From assembly GCF_001194135.2 (NCBI RefSeq), contig NC_069005.1:15802926-15866925 (forward strand): 64,000 bases of DNA. The letters are read 5' to 3'. The position numbers and the translations under genes are program-made. Position 1 is the first letter of the stretch. Each line of letters starts with the position of its first letter. This document shows, one piece after another, positions 38,863-50,297 of the stretch. The notes below the pieces were generated by a model that did not search any database, was not told the DNA's origin, and worked only from the letters and a program-made list of their open reading frames with translations. The DNA comes from Octopus bimaculoides (Eukaryota).

Positions 38863-39133
38863 GATAAGGAAATAATTTTATTCTCAAATGCAGGATAATG
38901 CTAATACATATTTTGCAGAAAATATTTACTGGGACATATATAGACCATCACCAGTTATCAAGATTTTTCTGCAAAATATAGATAGTTTATCCTGTTCATG
39001 CATAGGTACATCATGATCTATACACATTCAGATGAGGATCGAATCAAATGATATAGTGTACTCTTCCGTGATGGCAAAATCAATGAAAAAAGGACTCCAT
39101 CTGGTGAGAGATAAATAATATTTAATAGATATA

Positions 39134-39953
39134 TGTGGTCCGATCAATAAATATCCGGACTGTTGCCATAGTAATGAACCTTATGCATACAGGGTGGAAC
39201 TGCTTGGCACAGATTGGCTTTGAACTCAGCTGTGCATGTGCACTAAATTTTAACCTTCTAGCTCACTTCTACTGTTTACAGCAGTGCTTAAAAGGAAGGT
39301 GTGTAGCATGTGATCATCACACTAACCATGATAGAGGAAGGTGAGCAGAGAATCTACATCAAATTTTGCCAAAAGCTTGGTGACACCTGCTCAGAGGCCT
39401 AAGTAAAGTTTTCGAAAAGTTTTCATTGTTCTCGACACAATCAAGATCTTATACAACTGAAACCTGGGTGTCTTTTTGGTCAGCTGAAAGCAGTTTTGAC
39501 ACAAAATTGGCAGACACACATCGCATACCCAAACCTTCAGTGATAATGAACTGAACTGAACCGTAACTAATCTGCACATCCTCTGATAACTCTCGGATGG
39601 TGATTCAATGATTTCCCCTCACAGCTGCATGCACATATGCGATGCTTTCCTCAGCTCTGTTGATTGCAGGTCTTCCAGAATGTTTGTCAATATTGACATA
39701 TTTTCGGCCATCTTGGAAATGTCTGAACAACTCATACACTCCTCTTCATACACTTTCTGCAACTTTACAGAGGCCTCTGAGCAGGTATCGCCATGACAAC
39801 TTTCTCTGTCATGGCCAATGTGAGGATCACATGCACCACACCTTCTTTCATGCACAGCAGAGTTCAAGGTCAGTCTGTGCCATGCGGATTCACTCTGCGT
39901 GCTTTAGCTTTGGTAATATGGCAACAGTTTGGATACTTATTGGTCAGACCTCA
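39134..39953. mobile_element. mariner derivative made of two 5' ends in opposite orientation, flanked by TA
   Basis: + strand 39134-39406: 5' TIR, 5' UTR and transposase start. - strand 39953-39407: the same 5' TIR, UTR and longer transposase remnant. Shared TCACA.T..CCATGA.AGAG.AAG and ACCTGCTCAGAGGCC blocks. Confidence 0.8.
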
Positions 39954-40018
39954 TAATACATGTTTTTATGTGCTAGTAATAGATTCTTGTGCTGAGAACA
40001 TGCTAAAATGATGCATAC

Positions 40019-40179
40019 CCTGTGTGCACATAAATTCTCTGCACAATCAAAACATTTTGATTCACTCATCAGCCAGTCAAAAGCACTTAGGTCTCTTTTA
40101 AGGCTTTCTAAGAAAGACGGTAAGGGAGTTAACCTCACACAGGAGACATCTGACCCAAAAGCTTGTAACAGAGGAAACT
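40019..40179 (-). CDS. Candidate internal coding exon, phase 1-0, unknown gene
   Basis: TTTTAGCAG| acceptor, 161 nt open: (E)FPLLQAFGSDVSCVRLTPLPSFLESLKRDLSAFDWLMSESKCFDCAENLCAHR, then |GTATGC donor. Confidence 0.4.
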
Positions 40180-40773
40180 CTGCTAAAAGCATCTAAAGCT
40201 TCTAAACAGTTTCCAATACCAGGTTGACATGAGGGTACAGAAGACACTTGCTGAAAGTACAGTACAGTGGAATTGAACTCGTAACCATATGGTTGTGAAG
40301 TAAACTTCTTAACCATACAACCACATATCTCTAAAACGGAGATAATCACCAATGTTCCATGTGATGGGCTTGATAAGTAAGGAATATCTCTCTTTTAATA
40401 TGAAACCAATGATAGACTTAATCCATAAATAAAGAATCTTTATCTACCAATGTAGCATTGAGTGCTCATGCTCATTGTTCAATATTAACATGTGCGTGTG
40501 TGTGTGTGTGTGTGAATCCTCTGTTTAGTGGGTCAATCCGCTACTCAGGAAGAGACTATTCTAGAGTACGTTCTGCCTTATCTTCGAAATGTCTAGTTAG
40601 AATAGAGGCAGCTGACGAAGGATTAATTCCAAGTGGCTATCTGTTTCCCTATGTGTTCGTTCCGTTGTCTGTAGTTCATTGTTCTAATGTCCTGTACCCT
40701 GATATGCATCTATATACACATGTAGATCTAAGTATGTACATATATGTGTGTATACATGCATATATATTCTTTG

Positions 40774-40824
<51 letters not shown>

Positions 40825-40901
40825 TATATATATATATATATNNNNNNNNNNNNNNNNNNNATATATACACACATATAAATATATGCATATATATGTGTGC
40901 A

Positions 40902-40934
<33 letters not shown>

Positions 40935-40939
40935 CTGTG

Positions 40940-40981
<42 letters not shown>

Positions 40982-41044
40982 CATTTATATATATGTGTTT
41001 GTGTAAATATATATATATGTATGTATATATTATATTAATAATTA

Positions 41045-41955
41045 TATACACATGGCTAGGTATACATATGGCTGTGTATACCTATGGCTTTCTGATGGCT
41101 CTGCTTATATTGGTATATGAGATACTTATGCACTTATACAACGGAATATCGACGCTGATGATAGCAGTAGGTATATTTTTTGCTTTTAGCTTGAAACAAG
41201 ATCTTATACGCGATTAACCAAAAATTCAATTTATTATCTTTTGCTCAATGGCAACCTGTATTTTTAGAGTGGTTTTCGCGCCATTTGGCATCTATTTTCA
41301 GTGTGTGGAGAGGTGTTTTTGCCAATATCTTGTTATAGTTATGTATATAATTATTAATACGATATTGGGAAAATTTACCTATAAAGTTTTTATTTTCATG
41401 CTGACCGCCTGATAAAATCATAAATGATTTTATCCTTTATTATATAATAAATACATGAAAATTGTTGCTGTGGATCAAAGTTGCATTGACTGCAGCGTTA
41501 TTTTGATATATAACATGTGGTTGAAGAGAAAGATGTAAATTCTACTTTCACTCTGTATTTTTGCAAGTGTGTAATACACATGGCTGTGTGATGGCTCTGC
41601 TGGTGTAGGTATGTGTAGATACTTGTACATTTATACAACGGAATATCGGTGCTGATGATAGCAGTAGGCATATTTTTTTACCTTTAGCTTGAAACAAGAT
41701 CTAATATGCGATTAACCAAAAATTCAATTTATTATCTTTCTTTTGCTCAATGACAATCTATGATTTTAGTGATTTTAAGGTGGTTTTAGTGCCATTTGGC
41801 GTCTATTTTCTATGCGTGGAGAGGTGGTTTTGCCAATCCCTTGTTATAATTATGTATATAATTATTGATATAATATTTGGAAAATTTACCTCTAAGGTTT
41901 TTATTTTCATGCAGACCTGATAAAATCATGAATGATTTTATCCTTTATTATATAA
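41045..41955 (+). repeat. Two diverged direct copies of a ~400-bp unit (period ~500 bp), each with a hammerhead-like CUGAUGA...GAAAC
   Basis: Copy 1 ~41045-41448, copy 2 ~41575-41955; CTGATGA at 41155/41652 and GAAAC at 41193/41691; long shared blocks such as GCGATTAACCAAAAATTCAATTTATTATCTTT. Confidence 0.85.
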
Positions 41956-42031
41956 TTTATATATGTATATATATGTGTGTGTGTGTGTGTGTATAATGCA
42001 AAGGAAAATGATATGCCTGTGGCCATTAGAG

Positions 42032-42092
<61 letters not shown>

Positions 42093-45000
42093 GCTGGGCT
42101 TCTTTCAGTTTTGATCTACCAAATCTGCTTATAAGGCTTTTTGTTGGCCCAAGGATATAGTAGAAGGCTGAACCTGGAACCATGCAGTTGGGAAGCAAAA
42201 TTCTTACCACACAGCAACATCTGCACTTGATTACATAATTTTGTTAATTTGTTTTATTTTGGTAGAGAGGAGGAGGGAGAGAGGGAAAGAAGAAAAGAGG
42301 GGGATGCTGCAGGAGATCAATTTTAATGGTCAGGTTATTGAAAAACAAAATTACTAAAACAAAAGATGGCAGCATGTTCTTTTTTTATTGTTTACAAAAA
42401 GAGAAAAATGAAAAAAAAAACTGAAATCAATTTGGTTTTTTTTTTCATTTTACCCCTTCAATAAAAACTAATTGCTGAAATGGACGAAATAAAACTAAAA
42501 ATAAATCAACGAAAATATAAAACAATGCTGGGTTGGTGGAGTGGGAGGTATTAGTGGTGTGGTGATGGTGGTGTTAGTGATGGTAGTGATGGTAGTGGCA
42601 TTAAAGGTGGTGGTGGTGTTGACTGGTGCAATGGCATTGAGAGTGTTTGTAATGGTAGTTAGTGGTATTAATAGTGATGATGGTTGTGGCGGTGTTCATA
42701 GTGCAGATAATGGTAGTCTTAATGGTGGTATGGTGATAGTGGTATTAACATGATTGTAGTCATGGTGGTAGTGGTGGTGGTGATAAGAGTAGACTCAGTA
42801 GTTGTGGTGGCATCGATAATGGTAGGGAAGGTGTTGGTAGTTTTGGTAGAATTAGTGGAAATGATGGTATCAATAGGAGTGGTGGTGATGGTGGTAAGAA
42901 GCTTGCTTCCCAACCACATGGTTCAGGTTCAGTCTCACTGCATGGCACCTATAGCTTTGGGCTGACCAAAGCCTTGTTAGTGGATTTGGTAGATGGAAAC
43001 TGAAAGAATCCTGTCATGTGTGTGTGTGTATGTGTATCTTTGTTTCTCTCCCACAACTGCTTGACAACTGGTGTTGGTGTGTTTACATCCCTGTAACTTA
43101 GTGGTTTGGCAAAAAGAGACAGATTGAATAAATACTAGGTCTTAAAAAAGAAAAAACTGGGGTTAATTTTTTCAGGTGAAATCCTTCAAGGTAGTGCCCC
43201 AGTATGGCCACAATCAAAAAACTAAAGCAAATAAACATGTCTGGAATGTCTGCATTCAAAGCATTCCAAAATTATTACTTCACTTTGAAACAGGCAGAAG
43301 TTGGCTGCAAGAAGAGCATCCAGCCATGGAAACTTTTGCCCTAACATACTCATCTCTGCTCTGTATAAGTATGGAAAAGTAGACATTAAAACAATGATGT
43401 CCATAAACATCTCACTCCTGCCAACATAGATATGAGATAAAAATCATTCCTCGGTCATACAGACTCATAGAGCATGTTTCCTGAGTTCCGTGACATATCT
43501 ATTCACTCACTTGACAGGACATTAGTCCATTGCAGGGTTATAAATTTTAGCCAGCTGAGTAACCTGGAGAATGAAGTGTTTTCTTCAAGAATATGTGTGA
43601 CCCTAATTCAGGAATGGAAATCCCAATCTTACAATTGTGAGTCCAGCACCCTAACCACTAAGGCACACACCTCCACTGCCCCCAATGTGAGCACACTGAA
43701 ACAAAATAGTTTTTGAATATTAACAAAATAGATTTTAAAATGTTTTCCTGCCCCTTGTTCATTAATGCAGCTTCATAAAATTGGCATTGTAGACACGAGC
43801 CAACAAAGTGACCTTTGGTCACAAGGCATGTTAGATACAGTAGTCAAATCTTCCCTCAAACCATACATTTACATTTGCTAAGTTATCTTAACGTAAAAAC
43901 AGATTGATGTATTTTACGAATGTCAGCACTTTTGGACTGCCAATAGCATAAAGTGTAGTAGAAACAGTAGATTGCTGTTTCTGTCAGTCTTACATTTATA
44001 AATGATAACACTGTAATTAGTTTCTTTCTGTCATGATCTGAGTTCACATTTGCTTTTGGACCTTCCAGGGATAAACCAAGCATGTTTCACTGTCGATTCC
44101 ATTACACATATCATAACCTTGGCAAATATGTGTCTTTGTGCAATTGTTAAGTAACCATTAAAGAAGTACAGCTAATGATGCAGCAAACTAAATTCCACAC
44201 ACTATTTTGTTTTGATCTCATTTTAAAGTTCAAATATTTCTTAACCTTTTAAACACCAACCTGTTTGGAACCACTGGTTTTATAAAACGAAACCTCGAAA
44301 ATATCAAAAGATTTATAGTAAAAAAAAAAACAAAATAAAACAATCTTTCATTTTCACTGTCAACAAATCATCTGCTGGTTCTGTGATTTTAAGGATTTAT
44401 ACACTCAGAGACCGTTTACATGAAAAACAGGTAGGGTCCAGTGACAAAAAGGGCATCGAGCTGCAAAGCAATGCTTCAGTAATACATTTGTCTAACTTGT
44501 ACTAGCATGGAGAAACAGATGTAAAAATCAAATGAATGAACAAATTATCATAATCATTATCAGTGGTGGTGATGGTGGTGGTAGTAGTGGTGGTTGTGGT
44601 GATGGTGGTAGTTGTGGTGGCGATGGTGATAGTGATGGTGGTTGTGGTAGTAATGATGGTCATTGTGGTGATGGCAATAGTTGTAGTGATGATAGTAAAG
44701 GTTGTAGTGATGATGGTGATGGTTGTGGTAGTGCTGGTGGTTGCAGTGGTTATGGTGGTGGTGATGGCAGTGGTTATGATGAGGGTGATGCTGGTTTCAT
44801 TTGTTTCCTTCTACCATCATTCCCCAGCAAGAGTATTCTGTGTGCCTCACACTTGATCAACTTCATCTTGCTTTCTATGAGATGACCCAGGTGACATTTG
44901 AATCAATCAAGCACAAAGAACAGGCAATTAGCCGTCTCATTCAGCAGCAACTGAATTTATCAGATTTCTTCTTCAAGAGCTACTAACATTTAAAAACACT

Positions 45001-46089
45001 GAAATTAAATATATTCCTAATTAATTACAACGACAACAGCAACATATATAACAGAAGACAATCACAAGAACAACAACGTTATAATTAGCTGAATCTAATA
45101 AACAGGTGACTTGGTCTCCTTGTCTGTGTTTTAAGATGATCAGGGACAAAAATGTATGTCTGTGTTTTTGTCTTCTTCTTCTTTGTTGCTGTTGTTTTTT
45201 TTTGTCTCTATCTTTCAAGAAGATGTAAAGAAATTAAGTAATGATTCATTGCAAACAGCCCTGTTTGCTGGTTTTGTTTATTCTACATCAAAAAGAAGCT
45301 GAAGGACATCAGATACGAGAGGCATCAATTGATCCTACCAGAAAATTTTCTCGTTGGGAGAATACAGAGGTGTTAACATCTTAATATAATGGTTACAAAA
45401 TTGCAAATGGGAAACAGAAATGAGAGAGAGCAATGTGAAATAATAGTTGTGGAATAAGGGGATGGGGGATAAAAAAAGAATAATGTCAGTAATGATTGGT
45501 GGTGGTGTGATCCAGTGTATGAGAAAGTAAAGTTACAGAGAGAGGTAGTTAAGGTTTTTAACAAGGACCAGAGCAGTTGAAATGGGATGGTAAGCAGTTA
45601 GTGAGGCGAGCTAAGTTTATAAATGAAAAAGTAGGAGAAAACAACGATGAAGTAAAGGACATGCATATATGGTAACACAAATGCACACAAAGATTGGGAA
45701 GAAGGGAAAGAGAATGAGCTACAAGTCAAAACTAAAGGTGCAGGCATAGCCTGTGGTAAAAAGTTTGCTTCCCAACCACATGGTTTCACGTCCAGTCCCA
45801 CTGCACAGCACTTGAGCAAGTGTCTTCTACTATAGTCTCAGGCTGGCTAAAGTACCCATCAAAAATTTGGTAGATGGAAACTGAAAGAAACTCATTTTGT
45901 GTGTGTGTGTGTGTGTGTGCGCATGCTTGTGTGTGTGTGCGCATGCTTGTGTGAGTGTGCCTTTGTGTCTGTGTTTGTCCCCCACCACTGCTTGACAACT
46001 GGTGTTGGTGTGTTTACATCCCTGTAACTTAGCAGTTTGGCAAAAGAGACCAACAGAATAAGTACCAGGCTTTAAAAAAAATGGCTGGC

Positions 46090-46453
46090 TTAACCCTTTT
46101 GCATTTAAATTGGCCATATCCAGCCCAAATATTCTACCCGTTTTATGTTCAAACTGGCAATATCCAGCCTCTCACACCAACCCTACAATATCATTCAGAA
46201 AATAAACAATCACATCATTGAAATCCCATAAGCTACAAAATAATGCATGATTAATACAATGTGAATAAAAAAGCATTACATTTGACACAGAAATCTGAAT
46301 GCTAAAGGGTTAATTCTTCAGCATTTAAACTGGCCACATCTGACACAAATATTCTACCTCTTTGATGTTCAAACTAGCCAGATCTGGCTTCTCACACCTA
46401 TCCTATAAAGAAGCATTATATCGGAGAAAGTAATCTGAATGCTGAAGGGTTAA
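46090..46453. mobile_element. Two tandem piggyBac-type MITEs sharing a central TTAA
   Basis: TTAA(46090)CCCTTTTGCATT...AATGCTAAAGGG-TTAA(46310)-TTCTTCAGCATT...AATGCTGAAGGG-TTAA(46450); internal sequences homologous. Confidence 0.8.
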
Positions 46454-48232
46454 ATGGCACGGGCATGGCTGTGTGGTGAGAAGTTTGCTTCTCAACCACA
46501 TGGATCTGAGTTTAATCCCATTGCACAGCACTTGAGCAAGTGTCTTCTACTACAGTCTGACCAAGGTTTTGAAAGTAGTATGCAAACTGTTAGATATTCA
46601 CTCCTCATAACCAATCAACTCACTGTAATTTAGTTTTTTCTCCTGTAAAACTATTAATGTATAATAGTCAAAGGAGACGGTTTACCAATAGTAAAGAAAA
46701 ATGTGCAATGTTATTGCTCATTAGTTTCTAAATTATATTTCTTATAAAATTAATAGGCATCAGTTGAGTGAGAAGGCAGGCTACTGTTAGATAATGAAGT
46801 TTAATAGAAAGGGGGGAAAAAATATCTTTTGATCGTTAAATGGGAAAAGAATTATTTCTTTTTTGTTTTAAATAACAGACAATAAATTCAAAATTAAAAA
46901 TTTGAAAGCCAAACCAACTTTCTACTCTGCCATCTTTCAATAAAATTCAAGTACATAACAATCTGATAAAATATGATATTTTTTTAATATTTCAATATTT
47001 AATATTTTGTTTCAGTCATTGGATTGCAGCCTTGCTGGGGTATTCAATTCCAGTGCTTTTTTTTTCTTAGTTATGTATTTATTTTAGTGGTCTCTTTTGC
47101 TGAAGCACTAAGTTACAGGAATGTAAACAAACCAACACCAGTTGTCAAGTAGTGGAGATAGTGGAGGGACAAGCACAAAGACACACATACATATCTTTTA
47201 AATTTGTTTATGGGAAACGTTTTGAATATGCCAGCTACAGTCTAATGAAGCTGACTGGTGAACCAGTTTTGGGGGTTGAGCTGAGCTGTATCAATATGAT
47301 GTAAATATAGTAATAATAATAACAATAATCCTTGGATGGAACTTAGAGATATTTTAATGCATCGCTACATGCATTTCCACAAATCATGTCACAGTCTATT
47401 ATTATCAGGATGATTACAATGTAGTCTGTAGTATGCATGGGCACTGAGTAGATCATCTTCATGGATTCTGGCTTTTCCACAGTTTCTGTTCGCCAAATTC
47501 ACTCACAAGGCATTTGTCAGCCTGGGGCTATAACTAAAGACATTTCCTCAATGTGCTGTGTAGTGGGACTGAACCTGAAACTCTATGATTGCAAAACCCA
47601 CTTCTTAACCACACAGACATGCCTGCGTCCATAAGAAGAAAAAGTCAGTATTGCATCGTGCAAGAAACTTAAACTGAAACTTTGCATTTCATAAATAACA
47701 GTTTCTAACATGGACACAATGCAACAATTTGGGGATTGGAAGAGATTTCATTGGACCTTAATACTTAACTAGTGCTTTATTTTATCAAACCTGGAAAGAT
47801 GAAAAGTAAAGAAGATCTCAGCGAGATTTGAATTCAGAATGCAAAAAGCAAGAACAGCACAAAGTATTTCATCTAACGCTAATGATTCTGCTCATCCCCC
47901 ACTCCAAAAAGAATCAGAATGTACATTCAGCTGCCTACCCCACCCCTTTATGTCAGCACATTTACTGGACAGAAGAATTATGCTGTTATTCTTTTGTGCG
48001 TTTCAGTCATTTGATTGTGGCCATGCTGGAGCACCACCTTTTAGTCGAAGAAATCAATCCCAGGACTTATTCTTTGTAAACCTGATACTTATCCTTATGT
48101 TGAACCACTAAGTTACAGGGATATAAACAGACAAACATTGGTTATCAAGCGATGATGAGGGGACAAACACAGACACAAAGACACACACGCATAAATATAT
48201 ACAAATCTCTCTCTCTCTATATATATATATAT

Positions 48233-48455
48233 ATGTGCGGGCGACGCATGGAGTCTTTCGGGCGGGATCGTTGCCAGTGCCCCTGGACTGGCTCATGTGC
48301 GGGCGACACATGAAATCTTTCGAGCGAGATCGTTGCCAGTGCCCCTGGACTGGCTCTTGTGCGGGTGACACATTAAATGTTTTGAGCGGGACGGGATTGT
48401 TGCCAGTGCCCCTGGACTGGCTCATGTGCGGGCGACACATGAAATCTTTCGAGCG
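48233..48455 (+). repeat. GC-rich 62/67-bp tandem satellite running into a ~970-N gap
   Basis: Unit ATGTGCGGGCGACACATGAAATCTTTCGAGCGAGATCGTTGCCAGTGCCCCTGGACTGGCTC, 3.5 copies visible; the gap ends in an RTE tail (49427-49555). Confidence 0.9.
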
Positions 48456-49550
48456 NNNNNNNNNNNNNNNNNNNNNNNNNNNNNNNNNNNNNNNNNNNNN
48501 NNNNNNNNNNNNNNNNNNNNNNNNNNNNNNNNNNNNNNNNNNNNNNNNNNNNNNNNNNNNNNNNNNNNNNNNNNNNNNNNNNNNNNNNNNNNNNNNNNNN
48601 NNNNNNNNNNNNNNNNNNNNNNNNNNNNNNNNNNNNNNNNNNNNNNNNNNNNNNNNNNNNNNNNNNNNNNNNNNNNNNNNNNNNNNNNNNNNNNNNNNNN
48701 NNNNNNNNNNNNNNNNNNNNNNNNNNNNNNNNNNNNNNNNNNNNNNNNNNNNNNNNNNNNNNNNNNNNNNNNNNNNNNNNNNNNNNNNNNNNNNNNNNNN
48801 NNNNNNNNNNNNNNNNNNNNNNNNNNNNNNNNNNNNNNNNNNNNNNNNNNNNNNNNNNNNNNNNNNNNNNNNNNNNNNNNNNNNNNNNNNNNNNNNNNNN
48901 NNNNNNNNNNNNNNNNNNNNNNNNNNNNNNNNNNNNNNNNNNNNNNNNNNNNNNNNNNNNNNNNNNNNNNNNNNNNNNNNNNNNNNNNNNNNNNNNNNNN
49001 NNNNNNNNNNNNNNNNNNNNNNNNNNNNNNNNNNNNNNNNNNNNNNNNNNNNNNNNNNNNNNNNNNNNNNNNNNNNNNNNNNNNNNNNNNNNNNNNNNNN
49101 NNNNNNNNNNNNNNNNNNNNNNNNNNNNNNNNNNNNNNNNNNNNNNNNNNNNNNNNNNNNNNNNNNNNNNNNNNNNNNNNNNNNNNNNNNNNNNNNNNNN
49201 NNNNNNNNNNNNNNNNNNNNNNNNNNNNNNNNNNNNNNNNNNNNNNNNNNNNNNNNNNNNNNNNNNNNNNNNNNNNNNNNNNNNNNNNNNNNNNNNNNNN
49301 NNNNNNNNNNNNNNNNNNNNNNNNNNNNNNNNNNNNNNNNNNNNNNNNNNNNNNNNNNNNNNNNNNNNNNNNNNNNNNNNNNNNNNNNNNNNNNNNNNNN
49401 NNNNNNNNNNNNNNNNNNNNNNNNNNAGAAACTCTGCCAAATCAGATTGGAGCCTGGTGTTGCCATCCGGTTTCACCAGTCCTCAGTCAAATCGTCCAAC
49501 CCATGCTAGCATGGAAGGCGGACGTTAAACGATGATGATGATGATGATGA

Positions 49551-49590
<40 letters not shown>

Positions 49591-50297
49591 GATGGATTTC
49601 TTTCAGTTTCCATCTACCAAATCCACTCACAAGGCTTTGGTCAGCCCAAGACTATAGTAGAAGACACTTGCCCATATGCCATACAGTGGGACTGAACCCA
49701 GAACTATGTGGTTGGGAAGTAAGCTTCTTAACACACAGCCATGCCTGCACCTATTGTTCAGAATTGTCATAAAACACAGTGTTGGTTAAAAAAAAAACCT
49801 ATAGGTATTTTTTTTTTATAGAAGTATACTTCGACAGGAATTGAACTCAAAACATGAAGCATGAAACAAGATGCTCTATCTGTGATCTTACAGCATAGAA
49901 AGCAACATCACTAGTGCTGGTGCCATAATAAGATACACCCAATATATACAGTAAAGTGTTGAGTGGAAGAGTGTTTCAAGAGGACATTTTGGTTTTGTTG
50001 ACGACATGACAAACTCTGTAGTGCTGGTGTCAAGATGAAATACATTTAGTCCACTCCAGTAAAGTTGTTGGTTATAGGAAGAGTATCTAGCAATTGAAAC
50101 CAAGCCAAAATAAGAAGTGAGATATAAGTCCCCAACCCATATAGCAACGTAGTTAACTCTAAATAAGAACTCACATTGAGACAATGCATCTAATCCATGC
50201 CAACATGGAAAAGGGTCATAAAATAAGAATGAAGATGACTCCAAAATCTACAGTATCAGCAATTTCTGTCAGATGTAGTAACAAATTTAACCTTTAA

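Noticed and set aside
44827-45372. Plus-strand exon candidates (QEYSVCLTLDQLHLAFYEMTQ; AEGHQIREASIDPTRKFSRWENTE)
   Set aside because: Short, phases incompatible with the best splice sites, no recognisable homology; not distinguishable from chance.
48108-49535. Longest ORFs in the track (367-452 aa)
   Set aside because: Almost entirely X from the ~970-N gap plus satellite translation.
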